Of a stretch of DNA of 64,000 bases, positions 47,654 through 56,639 are shown in pieces. The notes below the pieces were generated by a model. The model was given only the letters and a program-made list of their open reading frames with translations. It was not told the DNA's origin and searched no databases. The DNA lies in IMG/VR virus record IMGVR_UViG_3300031555_006012, one strand, 5' to 3'. The stretch's first letter is position 1, and each line of letters opens with the position of its first letter. The position numbers and the translations under genes are program-made. This DNA is from an uncultured virus (IMG/VR IMGVR_UViG_3300031555_006012) (lineage: Duplodnaviria; Heunggongvirae; Uroviricota; Caudoviricetes).

Positions 47654-47948
47654 TCTTGACCGCGATGCTGTATCCGGCTGCGTCGAGGGCGCTTGCCAAT
47701 TTCAGCGGTTCGTCGGGAGTGTGGGTATACCCGTAGGAGTCGACCCAGCCAGCTTCCTTCTTCGTATAAAGGAAAATCGTGGGGGCGCAGCCTTCGTGGG
47801 TAATGGTAAGCGTAAGCTGCATGCCCAGGGGGAGGGTGTCCTCAATCGCCCGCCAGGTGTGGTGAAAGGTGGGGGTGTAAGGAACGCGGATGGGGTCTGC
47901 GCTGTTGCTGACCAGGTTGCCGGATGCGTTGGTGTAGGTGATCGCCAT
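47646..47948 (-). CDS. Small cassette protein
   Basis: ATG 47948 after AAGGGG. Confidence 0.55.
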   Translation of the reverse strand: MAITYTNASGNLVSNSADPIRVPYTPTFHHTWRAIEDTLPLGMQLTLTITHEGCAPTIFLYTKKEAGWVDSYGYTHTPDEPLKLASALDAAGYSIAVKID

Positions 47949-47961
47949 ATCCCGTGCCCCC

Positions 47962-48159
47962 TTACCGCTTGCTGCGGATCTCGGTCCGCTTGGCCTGCTG
48001 GGCGTTATAAAGGACCATGAAGTCCTCCCAGGAGATTTTGTAGCTGCTGCAATCCTGGGAAAATTCAATGCGGATGCCTTCGATCTCGTTCCGATCGGTG
48101 CAGGTCTCGATGCGCTTCAGGTAGGTGGCGGCTCTCTTGCTCAGTTTCTGCTTTTTCAT
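47962..48159 (-). CDS. Small cassette protein
   Basis: GGAGG RBS downstream of element C. Confidence 0.7.
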   Translation of the reverse strand: MKKQKLSKRAATYLKRIETCTDRNEIEGIRIEFSQDCSSYKISWEDFMVLYNAQQAKRTEIRSKR

Positions 48160-48175
48160 GTTGGGGTCCTCCGTT

Positions 48176-48314
48176 CCTTTTGGTAGTACACATATTCGCT
48201 CTACTTGCCCGAAATAGCAAGTTATATCTGAGGCATAATGTAAACAAAGATCGCGGAAGGAAACTGTGTATATTATGGCACTATACGAAGAAAAGAGCCG
48301 CGAGGCTCTCTTCT
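48176..48314 (-). promoter_or_regulatory. Repeated element copy C with upstream terminator hairpin
   Basis: Arms 48232-48247 and 48264-48279. Confidence 0.8.
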
Positions 48315-48331
48315 GTATGGTGGGGTAAAGG

Positions 48332-48694
48332 TTAGGCGCGGACCAGCCGGATGGCGGGAACCTTGGCCCGCTCGTTGGTGGCCCAGTCGTTGTAGTTGGC
48401 ATTGACCTGGGTCAATCCGTCCATCTTGAATCCCTGTGCTTCAAAGGCTGCCAGGGTGGTAATCAGGCTGGAGAAATTGCTGCTGATCGTGAACTCGGTG
48501 ATGCCGTTGGCATCGAAGGCGGCGGCGATGGCCTCAATGTCCTCATCCCAAATGACCTCGTTGAAGTCGATCAGGCTGTTGCCGTTCTGAATGCTGCGGC
48601 GGTAAGCCCAGAAGGCGGTGGGGTTGATGCCCTCGGCGCGGATGTCCTTGACCTGGTTGGCGATGGCGTTCTCGAATGCTGCGATCTTTTTCAT
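48332..48694 (-). CDS. Conserved phage cassette protein
   Basis: WAY..S...IDFNEVIWD...GITEFTISS.FSSLI motif; GGAGG RBS. Confidence 0.75.
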   Translation of the reverse strand: MKKIAAFENAIANQVKDIRAEGINPTAFWAYRRSIQNGNSLIDFNEVIWDEDIEAIAAAFDANGITEFTISSNFSSLITTLAAFEAQGFKMDGLTQVNANYNDWATNERAKVPAIRLVRA

Positions 48695-48717
48695 GGTGTG
48701 TACCTCCGTTTGTTTTG

Positions 48718-48849
48718 TTGTACACATATTCGCTCTACTTGCCCGAAATAGCAAGTTATATCTGAGCCATAAACTACACAAAGATGCAGCGCAGAGAGTG
48801 TGCATATTATGACGCTATACGAGCAAAAGAGCCGCGAGGCTCCTTTGCT
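48718..48849 (-). promoter_or_regulatory. Repeated element copy D with upstream terminator hairpin
   Basis: Arms 48766-48781 and 48798-48813. Confidence 0.8.
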
Positions 48850-48866
48850 GCTGTGCGGTTGGTGTA

Positions 48867-49190
48867 TCAGTACCCCATCTTGCGAACCCGGCGCTCAACT
48901 CGCTCCATCAACCATTCCTTTCCGCAGAAGCGGACATCCTTCATGAAACTGGAGGCTTCCTGGTTGAACTGGACGAATCCGTCGCCGTAAATGCTGTGGG
49001 TGGCTTCGTCATAGATCGCACTAACCAAACCATCGTGGTCGGCAAGTGCAGCCTTGGCGCTCTGGTACTCTTCGCTGTCTTCGGGGTTGTCCTGGAGCGT
49101 GTTCTCCAGTCCACCGATCGTGAACCGAGCTGCGTAGAGAATGTTGCGGAAGGCCTTCTGCTGGCGGGCGTTCATGTCTGCGTATTTCAT
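48867..49190 (-). CDS. Small cassette protein
   Basis: GGAGG RBS downstream of element E. Confidence 0.7.
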   Translation of the reverse strand: MKYADMNARQQKAFRNILYAARFTIGGLENTLQDNPEDSEEYQSAKAALADHDGLVSAIYDEATHSIYGDGFVQFNQEASSFMKDVRFCGKEWLMERVERRVRKMGY

Positions 49191-49227
49191 ATTCAAATCC
49201 TCCGAAAATGTGTTGTTCCCCTTGGGG

Positions 49228-49322
49228 TATGCACATATTCGCTCTGAATGGCTGAAATAGCAAGTTATATCTGAGCGATAAACTACACAATGATTTGGGG
49301 CCGGAATCGTGTAATTTGTGTA
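49228..49322 (-). promoter_or_regulatory. Repeated element copy E
   Basis: Arms 49275-49290 and 49307-49322 (one degenerate). Confidence 0.75.
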
Positions 49323-49323
49323 G

Positions 49324-49608
49324 TTATTCGGCGGCGGGATCCGTTTCCAGAATGGCCAGAATCATCTGGCCTCCAAGCCGGAAGCCTTCAATAAAGCCGT
49401 CCTCCTCAATCAGGGAGTCCAGGTAGTGGTGTTCGGCGATGTAGCTCTCGAACATGGCTTTCTGCTCCGGGGTGAGGGTTTTGCGAAATTCATCTGCCCG
49501 GTCGGCGGTTAACCGATCCTGAGCATACCGCTTGGTGGTCTTGTCGATGTTTCGGGAGCAGGGGTCGATCGCTCCACCGTACAAGTCGGAAATCAACTGG
49601 CGCAGCAT
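49324..49608 (-). CDS. DUF6809-like protein
   Basis: I.DLY.G.I.P...GFIEGFRLG. Confidence 0.7.
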   Translation of the reverse strand: MLRQLISDLYGGAIDPCSRNIDKTTKRYAQDRLTADRADEFRKTLTPEQKAMFESYIAEHHYLDSLIEEDGFIEGFRLGGQMILAILETDPAAE

Positions 49609-49793
49609 CAGCGTACCTCCCCAGTCAGAATGAAATGGCAGTACACTTCGCGATTGGCACGGGTCTTGAGGAATTCCACAAGGTCGTCAAAGCCCAGCTC
49701 AAAAGCGACCTGGTTAACCATGCGAATGTCGAACATGTTTGTCCGGCCAGTTTCACGCACTGCCAGAATTTGCTTACGGATGGTCTCGCTCAT
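49608..49793 (-). CDS. DUF5049-like protein
   Basis: ILAVRETGRTNMFD...Y.HFILTGE. Confidence 0.8.
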   Translation of the reverse strand: MSETIRKQILAVRETGRTNMFDIRMVNQVAFELGFDDLVEFLKTRANREVYCHFILTGEVR

Positions 49794-50248
49794 CGCTTTC
49801 CACCTCCAACGCTATCCGCAACGCCCCGCTCAAGGAACGCCGGGTCCAGGCCGTTATCACGATAGCCTTGCAGGATCGTGTTGTAGTAAGTGTAGCTCGG
49901 ACCGCCCAGGGGCCTGCCGTCATTCATGATGTAGACCATTGCCTTGGTGGGAATGCCATCCAGGTTGACCGTTACCGTTTCCTTGCGGTAGAGGAAGGGG
50001 TAGCCTTCGTAGTAGTCCAGGTTCTGCTCGTCCTTGGGGGAAATGGTCCAGAGCAGCACCGGGACCTGGTTGCCCTTTTTGGGCTCCACGGTGGCGACAG
50101 CGCCGCGCTGCCCGCCCCGGAACAGCAACTGGTAGTCCTGGAGCATTGCGGTACCCAGGCGCTTAGCGTCGGGACAGCGGCGCGACATTTGGCCCAGGTG
50201 CAGGTTGCTGCCGTAGGCCAGGTAAATTCTCTGCTTTTTTCTGTTCAT
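49790..50248 (-). CDS. Gamma-glutamylcyclotransferase-family protein
   Basis: YLAYGSNL...M.RRCP; LDYYEGYP. Confidence 0.9.
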   Translation of the reverse strand: MNRKKQRIYLAYGSNLHLGQMSRRCPDAKRLGTAMLQDYQLLFRGGQRGAVATVEPKKGNQVPVLLWTISPKDEQNLDYYEGYPFLYRKETVTVNLDGIPTKAMVYIMNDGRPLGGPSYTYYNTILQGYRDNGLDPAFLERGVADSVGGGKR

Positions 50249-50334
50249 ATTCGTTCCTCCTTTAGTCAGGGTTTGTTACCCTTCTACCACCTTAAGCCCG
50301 CCGAGGCGGGCAAGGGGGCCTGTGGCTAAGACCT

Positions 50335-51282
50335 TCAAGCAGCTCTGCCGCTGCGGAAGGCTGCGTCGCCGTCCAGGCGCTTGGTGTAAAGGTCCCGAGC
50401 TGTTTTGAACTCGTCGCCAATGAAACCCAGTCGGAGGAGCCAGGTGCGCATTGCGTACTTGGGGTTTTCAGTCTGCTGGGGCTTGGGGCTTGCGGAGCGG
50501 ACATCCTTTGCCATCTGGCTCAGTGCGAGGCAAAGCTGAATGTAGCTCTTGAGCTGGCCTGCGTGGAGGCCGTTCTGCTTGCCGTTTGCGGGAGCGTCGA
50601 ACTGGAAAAGTCTGAACTCAACCGTACCCTTTGTAAAGGTAGCGTGGAGGTTAAGCATGTGGTAGCGGCTGTCGTTGTAGTGGGTGTCGCGATCGTAGGA
50701 AGTGCCGTGGGAAGAATACCAAAGGTCGGAAAGATCTTCCAGGGTATCGGGCTTGTCCTGGTTTACTCTGGCGAGGAAAACCGGGTCGACCGTCTGGCAG
50801 TAGCGATCCATGCGGTTGCGGTCCAGGTTGAGGGCGCTTGCCAGGAGGCTTTCGTGGCTTGCCATGATGTTTGCCAGGTTCCGCAGGGTCCGGGCTGTGT
50901 GGCCCTTCGCGCCGATGTGGATGTGAACACCGCAGCCCCGGGTGGCGTCGCTCTTGGCTCCGGCCTTCCGCAGCTTGCGGATCAGCTCCTGGAGGGTTTC
51001 GATGTCGGCGTAGGTCAGAATCGGGGTGACCAGTTCGCACTTCTCTTCGCTGGGGCCGTGGATGCTGCTGTCGCGCTGGAATTTCCACTCGCGATCCTGA
51101 GCGTCCCATGCGCTCCAGGTTGCGTAGCCGTTGCGGTAGGCGGTGTCCGCGCTTCTGTTGGTGCCGAAATACTCGGCGGCGATCTTTGCAGCCCTCTCGC
51201 GGGTGATGTTGTTCATCTCGACCTCAACTCCGATGGTCTGCTTCTTCATTTCCTCAATCTGCTTTGCTACCTTTGCGTTCAT
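50335..51282 (-). CDS. Amidoligase (COOH-NH2 ligase type 2) family protein
   Basis: TIGVEVE, DSSI, ELVTPIL, CGVHIH, RY..LN, TVEFR. Confidence 0.9.
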   Translation of the reverse strand: MNAKVAKQIEEMKKQTIGVEVEMNNITRERAAKIAAEYFGTNRSADTAYRNGYATWSAWDAQDREWKFQRDSSIHGPSEEKCELVTPILTYADIETLQELIRKLRKAGAKSDATRGCGVHIHIGAKGHTARTLRNLANIMASHESLLASALNLDRNRMDRYCQTVDPVFLARVNQDKPDTLEDLSDLWYSSHGTSYDRDTHYNDSRYHMLNLHATFTKGTVEFRLFQFDAPANGKQNGLHAGQLKSYIQLCLALSQMAKDVRSASPKPQQTENPKYAMRTWLLRLGFIGDEFKTARDLYTKRLDGDAAFRSGRAA

Positions 51283-51312
51283 GCTATTTACCTCCGTAAA
51301 ATATGTGTTTTC

Positions 51313-51416
51313 CCTTTTGGTAGTACACATATTCGCTCTGAATGGCGTAAATAGCAAGTTATATCTGAGGCATAATGTACACAATGTTTCGGGGGCGAAA
51401 CTGTGTATTTTATGCC
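51313..51416 (-). promoter_or_regulatory. Repeated element copy F
   Basis: Arms 51369-51384 and 51401-51416. Confidence 0.8.
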
Positions 51417-51640
51417 TTTTTATCGGTGATTTTCTTACAAATGTCGACACCGTACACGACATTCAGCCCGGAGCCGTTATCCCAGTTAACGAGGATGCTG
51501 CCGATGGCGTCAACGCCGATCACAGTACCCTTGGTGCCGGGTGGCGGTGCTTGCGGATCGTCCATCTGGACCAGCTCCACGCGAGTGTCCTTGGGAAAAC
51601 TCTCCCGGAGGGCAGCGATGATGGAAGGATGAGGTCTCAT
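51410..51640 (-). CDS. DUF4314-like protein
   Basis: RVEL..MDDPQAPP.GTKGTV..VD..G.I.V.WDNGSGL. Confidence 0.85.
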   Translation of the reverse strand: MRPHPSIIAALRESFPKDTRVELVQMDDPQAPPPGTKGTVIGVDAIGSILVNWDNGSGLNVVYGVDICKKITDKKA

Positions 51641-51650
51641 ACTGATCTCC

Positions 51651-52445
51651 TTAGTTCTGCTCGTTCAGCTGGTGAATCAGGGCAGCATCGGCGAGGGCCT
51701 CGGCCAGGACCGGGTCCATATTTTCCGGGATTGCCAACGAGTTACCGGGAGCTTCTGCCTGATCGGCCTTTCGGGAGCCGCTCTTGAAAGCGGAGCTGCC
51801 GGAGAGGTTGGCCAGGAGAATCTTCCGTTCGGCTTTGAACTCATCGCCGATAAATCCGAGCCGGAGGAGGAAGCAGCGGAATGCGTACTTGTCGCTTTCG
51901 GCGGGTTTTTCCTTGGCAGTAACCCGCTTCTGCTTCCGAGCCATCTCACACATGGCTGCAATCAGCTTGGTGCAGGCTCCGATCTGTTCGGGGGTGGCGT
52001 CCGCGCGGATCCAGGGGAAAGTGACCGTCTCCTCGCCAATTTCAATCGGCAGGGTTTCAACACCCAGGGACTTCTTGATGAGGTGGGCCTTGGCGTCGGT
52101 CAGCTTCTGGATGTTGTCCAGGGCGCTCTCGGTGAAGGTGCTGCGGGGCATCGCAACACAACCGAAATCCTCGGTGGCGGGTTCTGCTGCGGCTTCGGCT
52201 GCAACCTCAGGTGCGTTTGCGGCGGTGAACCCTACCTCGCGCAGCTCCGCAATAAGCTGCTCGGTGGCGGCGGGGTCTGCCTGTTCGCCGGGAGTGACCG
52301 CGCCGTTTTTGTCGACATGGTAGGGGCCAACCTGGTAGGCAAAGCTGGGTGCGCCCAGGTACTTTGCGTCTTCTCCGGCGATGGCGGAGATGGCCTTGAC
52401 CAGGTCTTTGCGGGTGGTGCCAGTGCAGTTGAATTCGTAAGTCAT
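51651..52445 (-). CDS. Conserved phage hypothetical protein
   Basis: YLGAPSFAY; KYAFRCFLLRLGFIGDEFK, a tail also shared with the amidoligase. Confidence 0.8.
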   Translation of the reverse strand: MTYEFNCTGTTRKDLVKAISAIAGEDAKYLGAPSFAYQVGPYHVDKNGAVTPGEQADPAATEQLIAELREVGFTAANAPEVAAEAAAEPATEDFGCVAMPRSTFTESALDNIQKLTDAKAHLIKKSLGVETLPIEIGEETVTFPWIRADATPEQIGACTKLIAAMCEMARKQKRVTAKEKPAESDKYAFRCFLLRLGFIGDEFKAERKILLANLSGSSAFKSGSRKADQAEAPGNSLAIPENMDPVLAEALADAALIHQLNEQN

Positions 52446-52467
52446 TGTTGTGACCTCCTTGTGTTTT

Positions 52468-52565
52468 TTGGTAGTCACATATTCGCTCTGAATGGCCATA
52501 ATAGCAAGTTGTTTATCGACCAGACTATGTACAATAATCGGGCGGCAAATTGTGCATATTATGGC
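52468..52565 (-). promoter_or_regulatory. Repeated element copy G (degenerate arm, 15-bp spacer)
   Basis: TTGCTA-N17-GAATAT; arm 52550-52565. Confidence 0.7.
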
Positions 52566-52576
52566 CAGTCAGGAAA

Positions 52577-53827
52577 TTAGAAAAGAGGAATCTGGGACTC
52601 GTCTTCCACGATCTCGTCGTAGGCGTAGGTCAGACCGTCGCGGACAACGGACACGCCCGTGGAGCTGCCGACCTGCTCAATGTAACGGCGAACGATCACA
52701 TCACAGAACTTCTCGTCCAGTTCAATGGTGTAGCAGATGCGGTCGGTCTGTTCGCAGGCGATCAGAGTGGAGCCGGAGCCGCCGAAGGGGTCCAGGACAA
52801 CGCTGTTACTCATGGAAGAGTTCATGATGGGATAGGCCAGCAGAGGGATGGGCTTCATGGTGGGATGATCACCGTTTTTCTTGGGCTTGTCGAATTCCCA
52901 AATGGTGGTCTCCTTCCGACCAGTGTACCACTGGTGCTTGCCGTTCTTCTTCCAACCATACAGGCAAGGCTCGTGCTGCCACTGATAGGGAGACCGCCCC
53001 AGAACCAGGGATTGCTTCTTCCAGATGCAGCAGCCGGACAAATAAAAACCCGCATCGGCAAAAGCCTTGCGGAAGTTCAGCCCTTCGGTATCAGCGTGGA
53101 AAACATAAATGGACGCGTCATCAGCCATAGCGCCGTGCATCTGGGTGTACGCATCCAGAAGAAAGTTGTAGAAGGCATCGTTGGCCATGTTATCATTCTT
53201 GATTTTGCCAGCGGAACCTTCATAGTTCACATTGTAGGGAGGGTCCGTAATGACCAGATTGGCTTTGGTACCGTTCATCAGGAGGTCATAGGTTTCAGCC
53301 TTCGTGCTGTCGCCACAGACCAAGCGGTGACGGCCCAGCTTCCAAACATCGCCGGGTTTGGAGAAGGTGGGGTTCTTCAGCTCATCCTCCACATCGAAGT
53401 CGTCGTCTTTGACTCCATCCTTGACGCTGTCCTTAAACAGGTCGTCGATTTCGGCGGGGTCAAAACCAGTCAGGGACACATCGAAATCGGTACCCTGGAG
53501 ATCGGTGATCAACAGAGCCAACTTCTCCCGGTCCCACTCGCCGGAGATCTTGTTCAGGGCGATGTTGAGGGCTTTCTCTTTCTCCTCGTCCATTTCGACC
53601 ACAACGCAGTCAACTTCGGTGATGCCCATGTCCTGGAGAACCTTCAGGCGCTGATGACCACCGACCACACGGCCAGTAACCTTGTTCCAGATAACAGGCT
53701 CCACATAGCCGAACTGCTCAATAGAGCGTTTCAGCTTCTCGTACTCAGCGTCGCCGGGTTTCAGGTCTTTTCGGGGGTTGTAGTCAGCGGGCAGAAGCTC
53801 CGAGGTGTGTTTCTTTTCAATGATCAT
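52577..53827 (-). CDS. ParB-like domain + N4/N6 DNA methyltransferase
   Basis: YNPR, VVGGHQRLK; TDPPYN; HPTMKP; LDPFGGSGST. Confidence 0.93.
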   Translation of the reverse strand: MIIEKKHTSELLPADYNPRKDLKPGDAEYEKLKRSIEQFGYVEPVIWNKVTGRVVGGHQRLKVLQDMGITEVDCVVVEMDEEKEKALNIALNKISGEWDREKLALLITDLQGTDFDVSLTGFDPAEIDDLFKDSVKDGVKDDDFDVEDELKNPTFSKPGDVWKLGRHRLVCGDSTKAETYDLLMNGTKANLVITDPPYNVNYEGSAGKIKNDNMANDAFYNFLLDAYTQMHGAMADDASIYVFHADTEGLNFRKAFADAGFYLSGCCIWKKQSLVLGRSPYQWQHEPCLYGWKKNGKHQWYTGRKETTIWEFDKPKKNGDHPTMKPIPLLAYPIMNSSMSNSVVLDPFGGSGSTLIACEQTDRICYTIELDEKFCDVIVRRYIEQVGSSTGVSVVRDGLTYAYDEIVEDESQIPLF

Positions 53828-54606
53828 ACCAGACCCCACTCGGCGAATTTCTCAAAGCCGCCAATGGTGCGGATGAAAAGTCTCGCCGTTTCCACGATCT
53901 CATCGTAAGGGATACCGTTCACGGTTTCGTCGCCGATGGCGCAGCACAGCTCGATCGGGCGACCAGTACGCTGGGCTTCCAGCCAAGCATAGATATTGAC
54001 GCTCACATCTGCCTTGGACAGGTCCTTGCCATGCAGACCGCCGCCCGTAACAGAGTCAGCCATATCGCTGCCCAGCTTGCGGTTGGTAGCACCAGTGTCA
54101 ACATCGGTGCCGCCTGTCCAATCGCCCAGGGGATTGACATGTGCGGTCGGGTACAGACGGTTCAGCAGCTTGGAGCCGACATTGCTCTGGCAGATGATCA
54201 GCCGATCTCCATCCAGAATGTACTTGCCGTCATGAGGGCAAACATCGTAAATATCCCGGGCGATCCGGGAGAGGGTTCTCTGCTCGGCGGTCACAGGGAC
54301 ACCTTTGAAGATGCCGTTGTCACCGCATCGGAAACCCTTACTCTGGTTTTTTGCCAGGTGTTCGTCCTGGGGGGTGATCTGGATATCAGCCAGAAGGTTG
54401 CCACCGATGCGGTAGATGGCTCGGGCGACTTCCTTCTCTACCAGAGGAGCAGAAGTTTCAATGACCGCATGGCACACGCCATGTCCGATCAGCACCTCAA
54501 CTGCGATTTTGGGATCGTCCTGGGCGGCATAAGCCAGATCCACGATGGCTCCAGCGATCCTGTCCGCTACCTTGTCGGGGTGAGCGGGATTAACTTTTTC
54601 AAACAT
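53824..54606 (-). CDS. Short SAM synthetase (MetK)-like protein
   Basis: HPDKVADRI, GDNGIF, DGK, DTGATNRKL, GGGLHGKDLSKAD. Confidence 0.85.
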   Translation of the reverse strand: MFEKVNPAHPDKVADRIAGAIVDLAYAAQDDPKIAVEVLIGHGVCHAVIETSAPLVEKEVARAIYRIGGNLLADIQITPQDEHLAKNQSKGFRCGDNGIFKGVPVTAEQRTLSRIARDIYDVCPHDGKYILDGDRLIICQSNVGSKLLNRLYPTAHVNPLGDWTGGTDVDTGATNRKLGSDMADSVTGGGLHGKDLSKADVSVNIYAWLEAQRTGRPIELCCAIGDETVNGIPYDEIVETARLFIRTIGGFEKFAEWGLV

Positions 54607-54629
54607 GAAAGATCCTCCATTGTATTGAT

Positions 54630-55187
54630 TTACCGAGAGTTGCCCCTGCGAGCTTGAAGCAGACGTTCCATTGCATCGTCTTGGGGAGTGGAACCGCTGT
54701 ATTCGCCGGAGCAGTTCTCTTTGACGATTTGAAAGATCTCCATCCACAGACGGTTGGTCTGGGACATGAAGTTCTGACTCATAGCAACATAGGGGCTTTG
54801 GATCGCATTGCCCGTAGTGGGGTGCTTGGCTAGGAAACCGTACTCGGTAACGGCTTCTTCGCACTGGATCCAACGCGCCACGCTCATGGCGTAGCGTTCC
54901 AGAAGCTGCGGCGAAACCAGAGCGGTGCAGCGACGCTCTGCGAGCCACAGCCAAGTGGCTTCGTAGACATCAGCAGCGATCAGCTTCTTGCCGTCCTTCT
55001 GGGTGGCGGACAGCATGGCAGAGGGCTTGGGCATGGGCTGACCTTCTAAATCGGCTGTGTTTTCAAAGTCGATGACAGTCAACTTCCGTTTGCCCGGATT
55101 TCCATCTGCAATTTTGTCGGCGAGAGGCTTCTTCTTCGCTCCAGCTCCGACACGAGCGCCGCCACGGTTCGTACCGTCTTTTGCCAC
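54630..55187 (-). CDS. terS: Terminase small subunit (P27 family)
   Basis: RGGAR.GAG.K, GNPGKR, SPYV. Confidence 0.88.
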   Translation of the reverse strand: MAKDGTNRGGARVGAGAKKKPLADKIADGNPGKRKLTVIDFENTADLEGQPMPKPSAMLSATQKDGKKLIAADVYEATWLWLAERRCTALVSPQLLERYAMSVARWIQCEEAVTEYGFLAKHPTTGNAIQSPYVAMSQNFMSQTNRLWMEIFQIVKENCSGEYSGSTPQDDAMERLLQARRGNSR

Positions 55188-55189
55188 AG

Positions 55190-55305
55190 TTTCACCTCCT
55201 GACGGCGGGGCGGGTTAATACCCCGTTTGAAATCGCGATTTTGCACACGAAGGCCCAGGCCCGTTTGCCGGACTTTTTCCGGCGAAGATCTGACCGGGCC
55301 CTACC
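55190..55305. other. Candidate cos/packaging region
   Basis: GC-rich intergenic tract between HNH genes and terS, the usual cos position in HK97-like phages. Confidence 0.4.
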
Positions 55306-55308
55306 GGG

Positions 55309-56184
55309 TCAGCTTTCCATTAAAGATTCGTACTGGTCGAACTTATGCTTCCAGTAGTTGTTTTCCTGTGCTTTACTAGACCAGTCGATTTGAAATGCCG
55401 AGGATTCCTGGCGCTTGACGGAGTTGCAGATCCGATGAGCCAATTGGCAATTACTGTACGAGTGCTTACCACCGACAGACAACGGAACGATGTGGTCAAT
55501 AGTTCCGTCCCAATTGTCGTCAATGCCTTTGACAGGATGGACAGGTAGTCCGCAAATCTGACAGATACCACTATCGCGTTGGAAGATGGAAGTAAAATCA
55601 ACATCATCGACAAATGCAGCGTTAATCTGTTTTTTGCGACGCTTTTTCTGTTCCTTCATGTACTGTTTATGCCGATCGGTGCTATGTTCCACCCGGCGCT
55701 CATGCTTTTCCGAGCAAGTTCGGCAACAAAAAACAGAGTGCGTATCACCACACTCTGTCGTAAATTCTGTCCCACACTCTTTACAGATATGGGTGCGAGG
55801 AACATAGGCCTCAGCCCACTGCTCACGCTTTTGTTTGAGGTTCGCTTCGTAACAGCAATCCGTACTACAATATTTTTTGTTGGGAAAGTTCGTCACAAAG
55901 GTTTTCCCGCAATACGCACACTCTTTATGGTGCAGCGTTGGCGATGGCTTCTCTTTCTTCGGATGCGCAAGCGAATATGCGGCGTTCCGGCACTCAGGGG
56001 TGCAATATTTCATTCTGAATGCATTGGGTCTCCAGAACGGTTTTCCACAGTGCTGGCATGTGTAATACTTTTTTCTGGTCTCGTTAGACCTTTTTCTGGC
56101 GCATTCCGAAGAGCAGCATTTCTGGCCAGAGTCCTTTGCGATAAACATGCTCCCACAAACAACGCAGATGCGTTCAGTTTTCAT
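55309..56184 (-). CDS. Second HNH endonuclease with tandem zinc fingers
   Basis: Four CxxCG..F....(Y/F/C)CxxxC units; RD...CQICG; TIDHIVPLSVGG.H...N.QLAHRICN. Confidence 0.88.
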   Translation of the reverse strand: MKTERICVVCGSMFIAKDSGQKCCSSECARKRSNETRKKYYTCQHCGKPFWRPNAFRMKYCTPECRNAAYSLAHPKKEKPSPTLHHKECAYCGKTFVTNFPNKKYCSTDCCYEANLKQKREQWAEAYVPRTHICKECGTEFTTECGDTHSVFCCRTCSEKHERRVEHSTDRHKQYMKEQKKRRKKQINAAFVDDVDFTSIFQRDSGICQICGLPVHPVKGIDDNWDGTIDHIVPLSVGGKHSYSNCQLAHRICNSVKRQESSAFQIDWSSKAQENNYWKHKFDQYESLMES

Positions 56185-56551
56185 GATGGCCTCCATTCCG
56201 GTGCCAGCGATCACCGTCCAAGGCGGTGATGCGGGAGTGGCAGGGTTTGCAGAGCGCCATGAGGTTAGACTCTGCGTGTGTTCCACCACGGGACAGCGGC
56301 AAAATATGATGGATCTCTTCGGTGGGTGTCAATTTTCCATTCTTCTGACACTCTTCGCATAAGGGATGTGCGGCTGCATAGCGGTCTCGAATGCGTTTCC
56401 ACGCCCTTCCGTATCTACGGCGCACCGCCGGGTCACGGTCGAACTTCTCATAGCGTCTGGCCTCAAGCTTGGCATGCTCATCACAGAACCTACCATTGGT
56501 AAGCCTGGGGCAGCCAGGGTGAGAGCAGGGGCGTTTGGGTTTACTTGGCAT
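56174..56551 (-). CDS. Packaging-associated HNH endonuclease
   Basis: PCSHPGC, HPLCEEC, HHILPLSRGG, NLMALCKPCH. Confidence 0.92.
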   Translation of the reverse strand: MPSKPKRPCSHPGCPRLTNGRFCDEHAKLEARRYEKFDRDPAVRRRYGRAWKRIRDRYAAAHPLCEECQKNGKLTPTEEIHHILPLSRGGTHAESNLMALCKPCHSRITALDGDRWHRNGGHHEN

Positions 56552-56639
56552 GGAGATTCTCCTTTCTGAACAGTCCACGGACCTTATAGCGGAGGATGTA
56601 CCATAGCTGTTCCAAATAGGAAACTCTACGGTAGCCCAT
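56541..56639 (-). CDS. 32-aa peptide (below ORF-track cutoff)
   Basis: GGAGGTG RBS; MGYRRVSYLEQLWYILRYKVRGLFRKENLHAK, overlapping the HNH start. Confidence 0.55.
   Translation of the reverse strand: MGYRRVSYLEQLWYILRYKVRGLFRKENLHAK

Noticed and set aside
48694..48805. Shared N-terminal peptide (LRYNLLF...RANMCTTK) on several ORF-track proteins
   Set aside because: It is the translation of the repeated promoter element; true starts lie downstream after GGAGG
46547..52565. Classical integron attC sites
   Set aside because: No tyrosine integron integrase, no consistent RYYYAAC/GTTRRRY boxes, and each cassette has its own promoter
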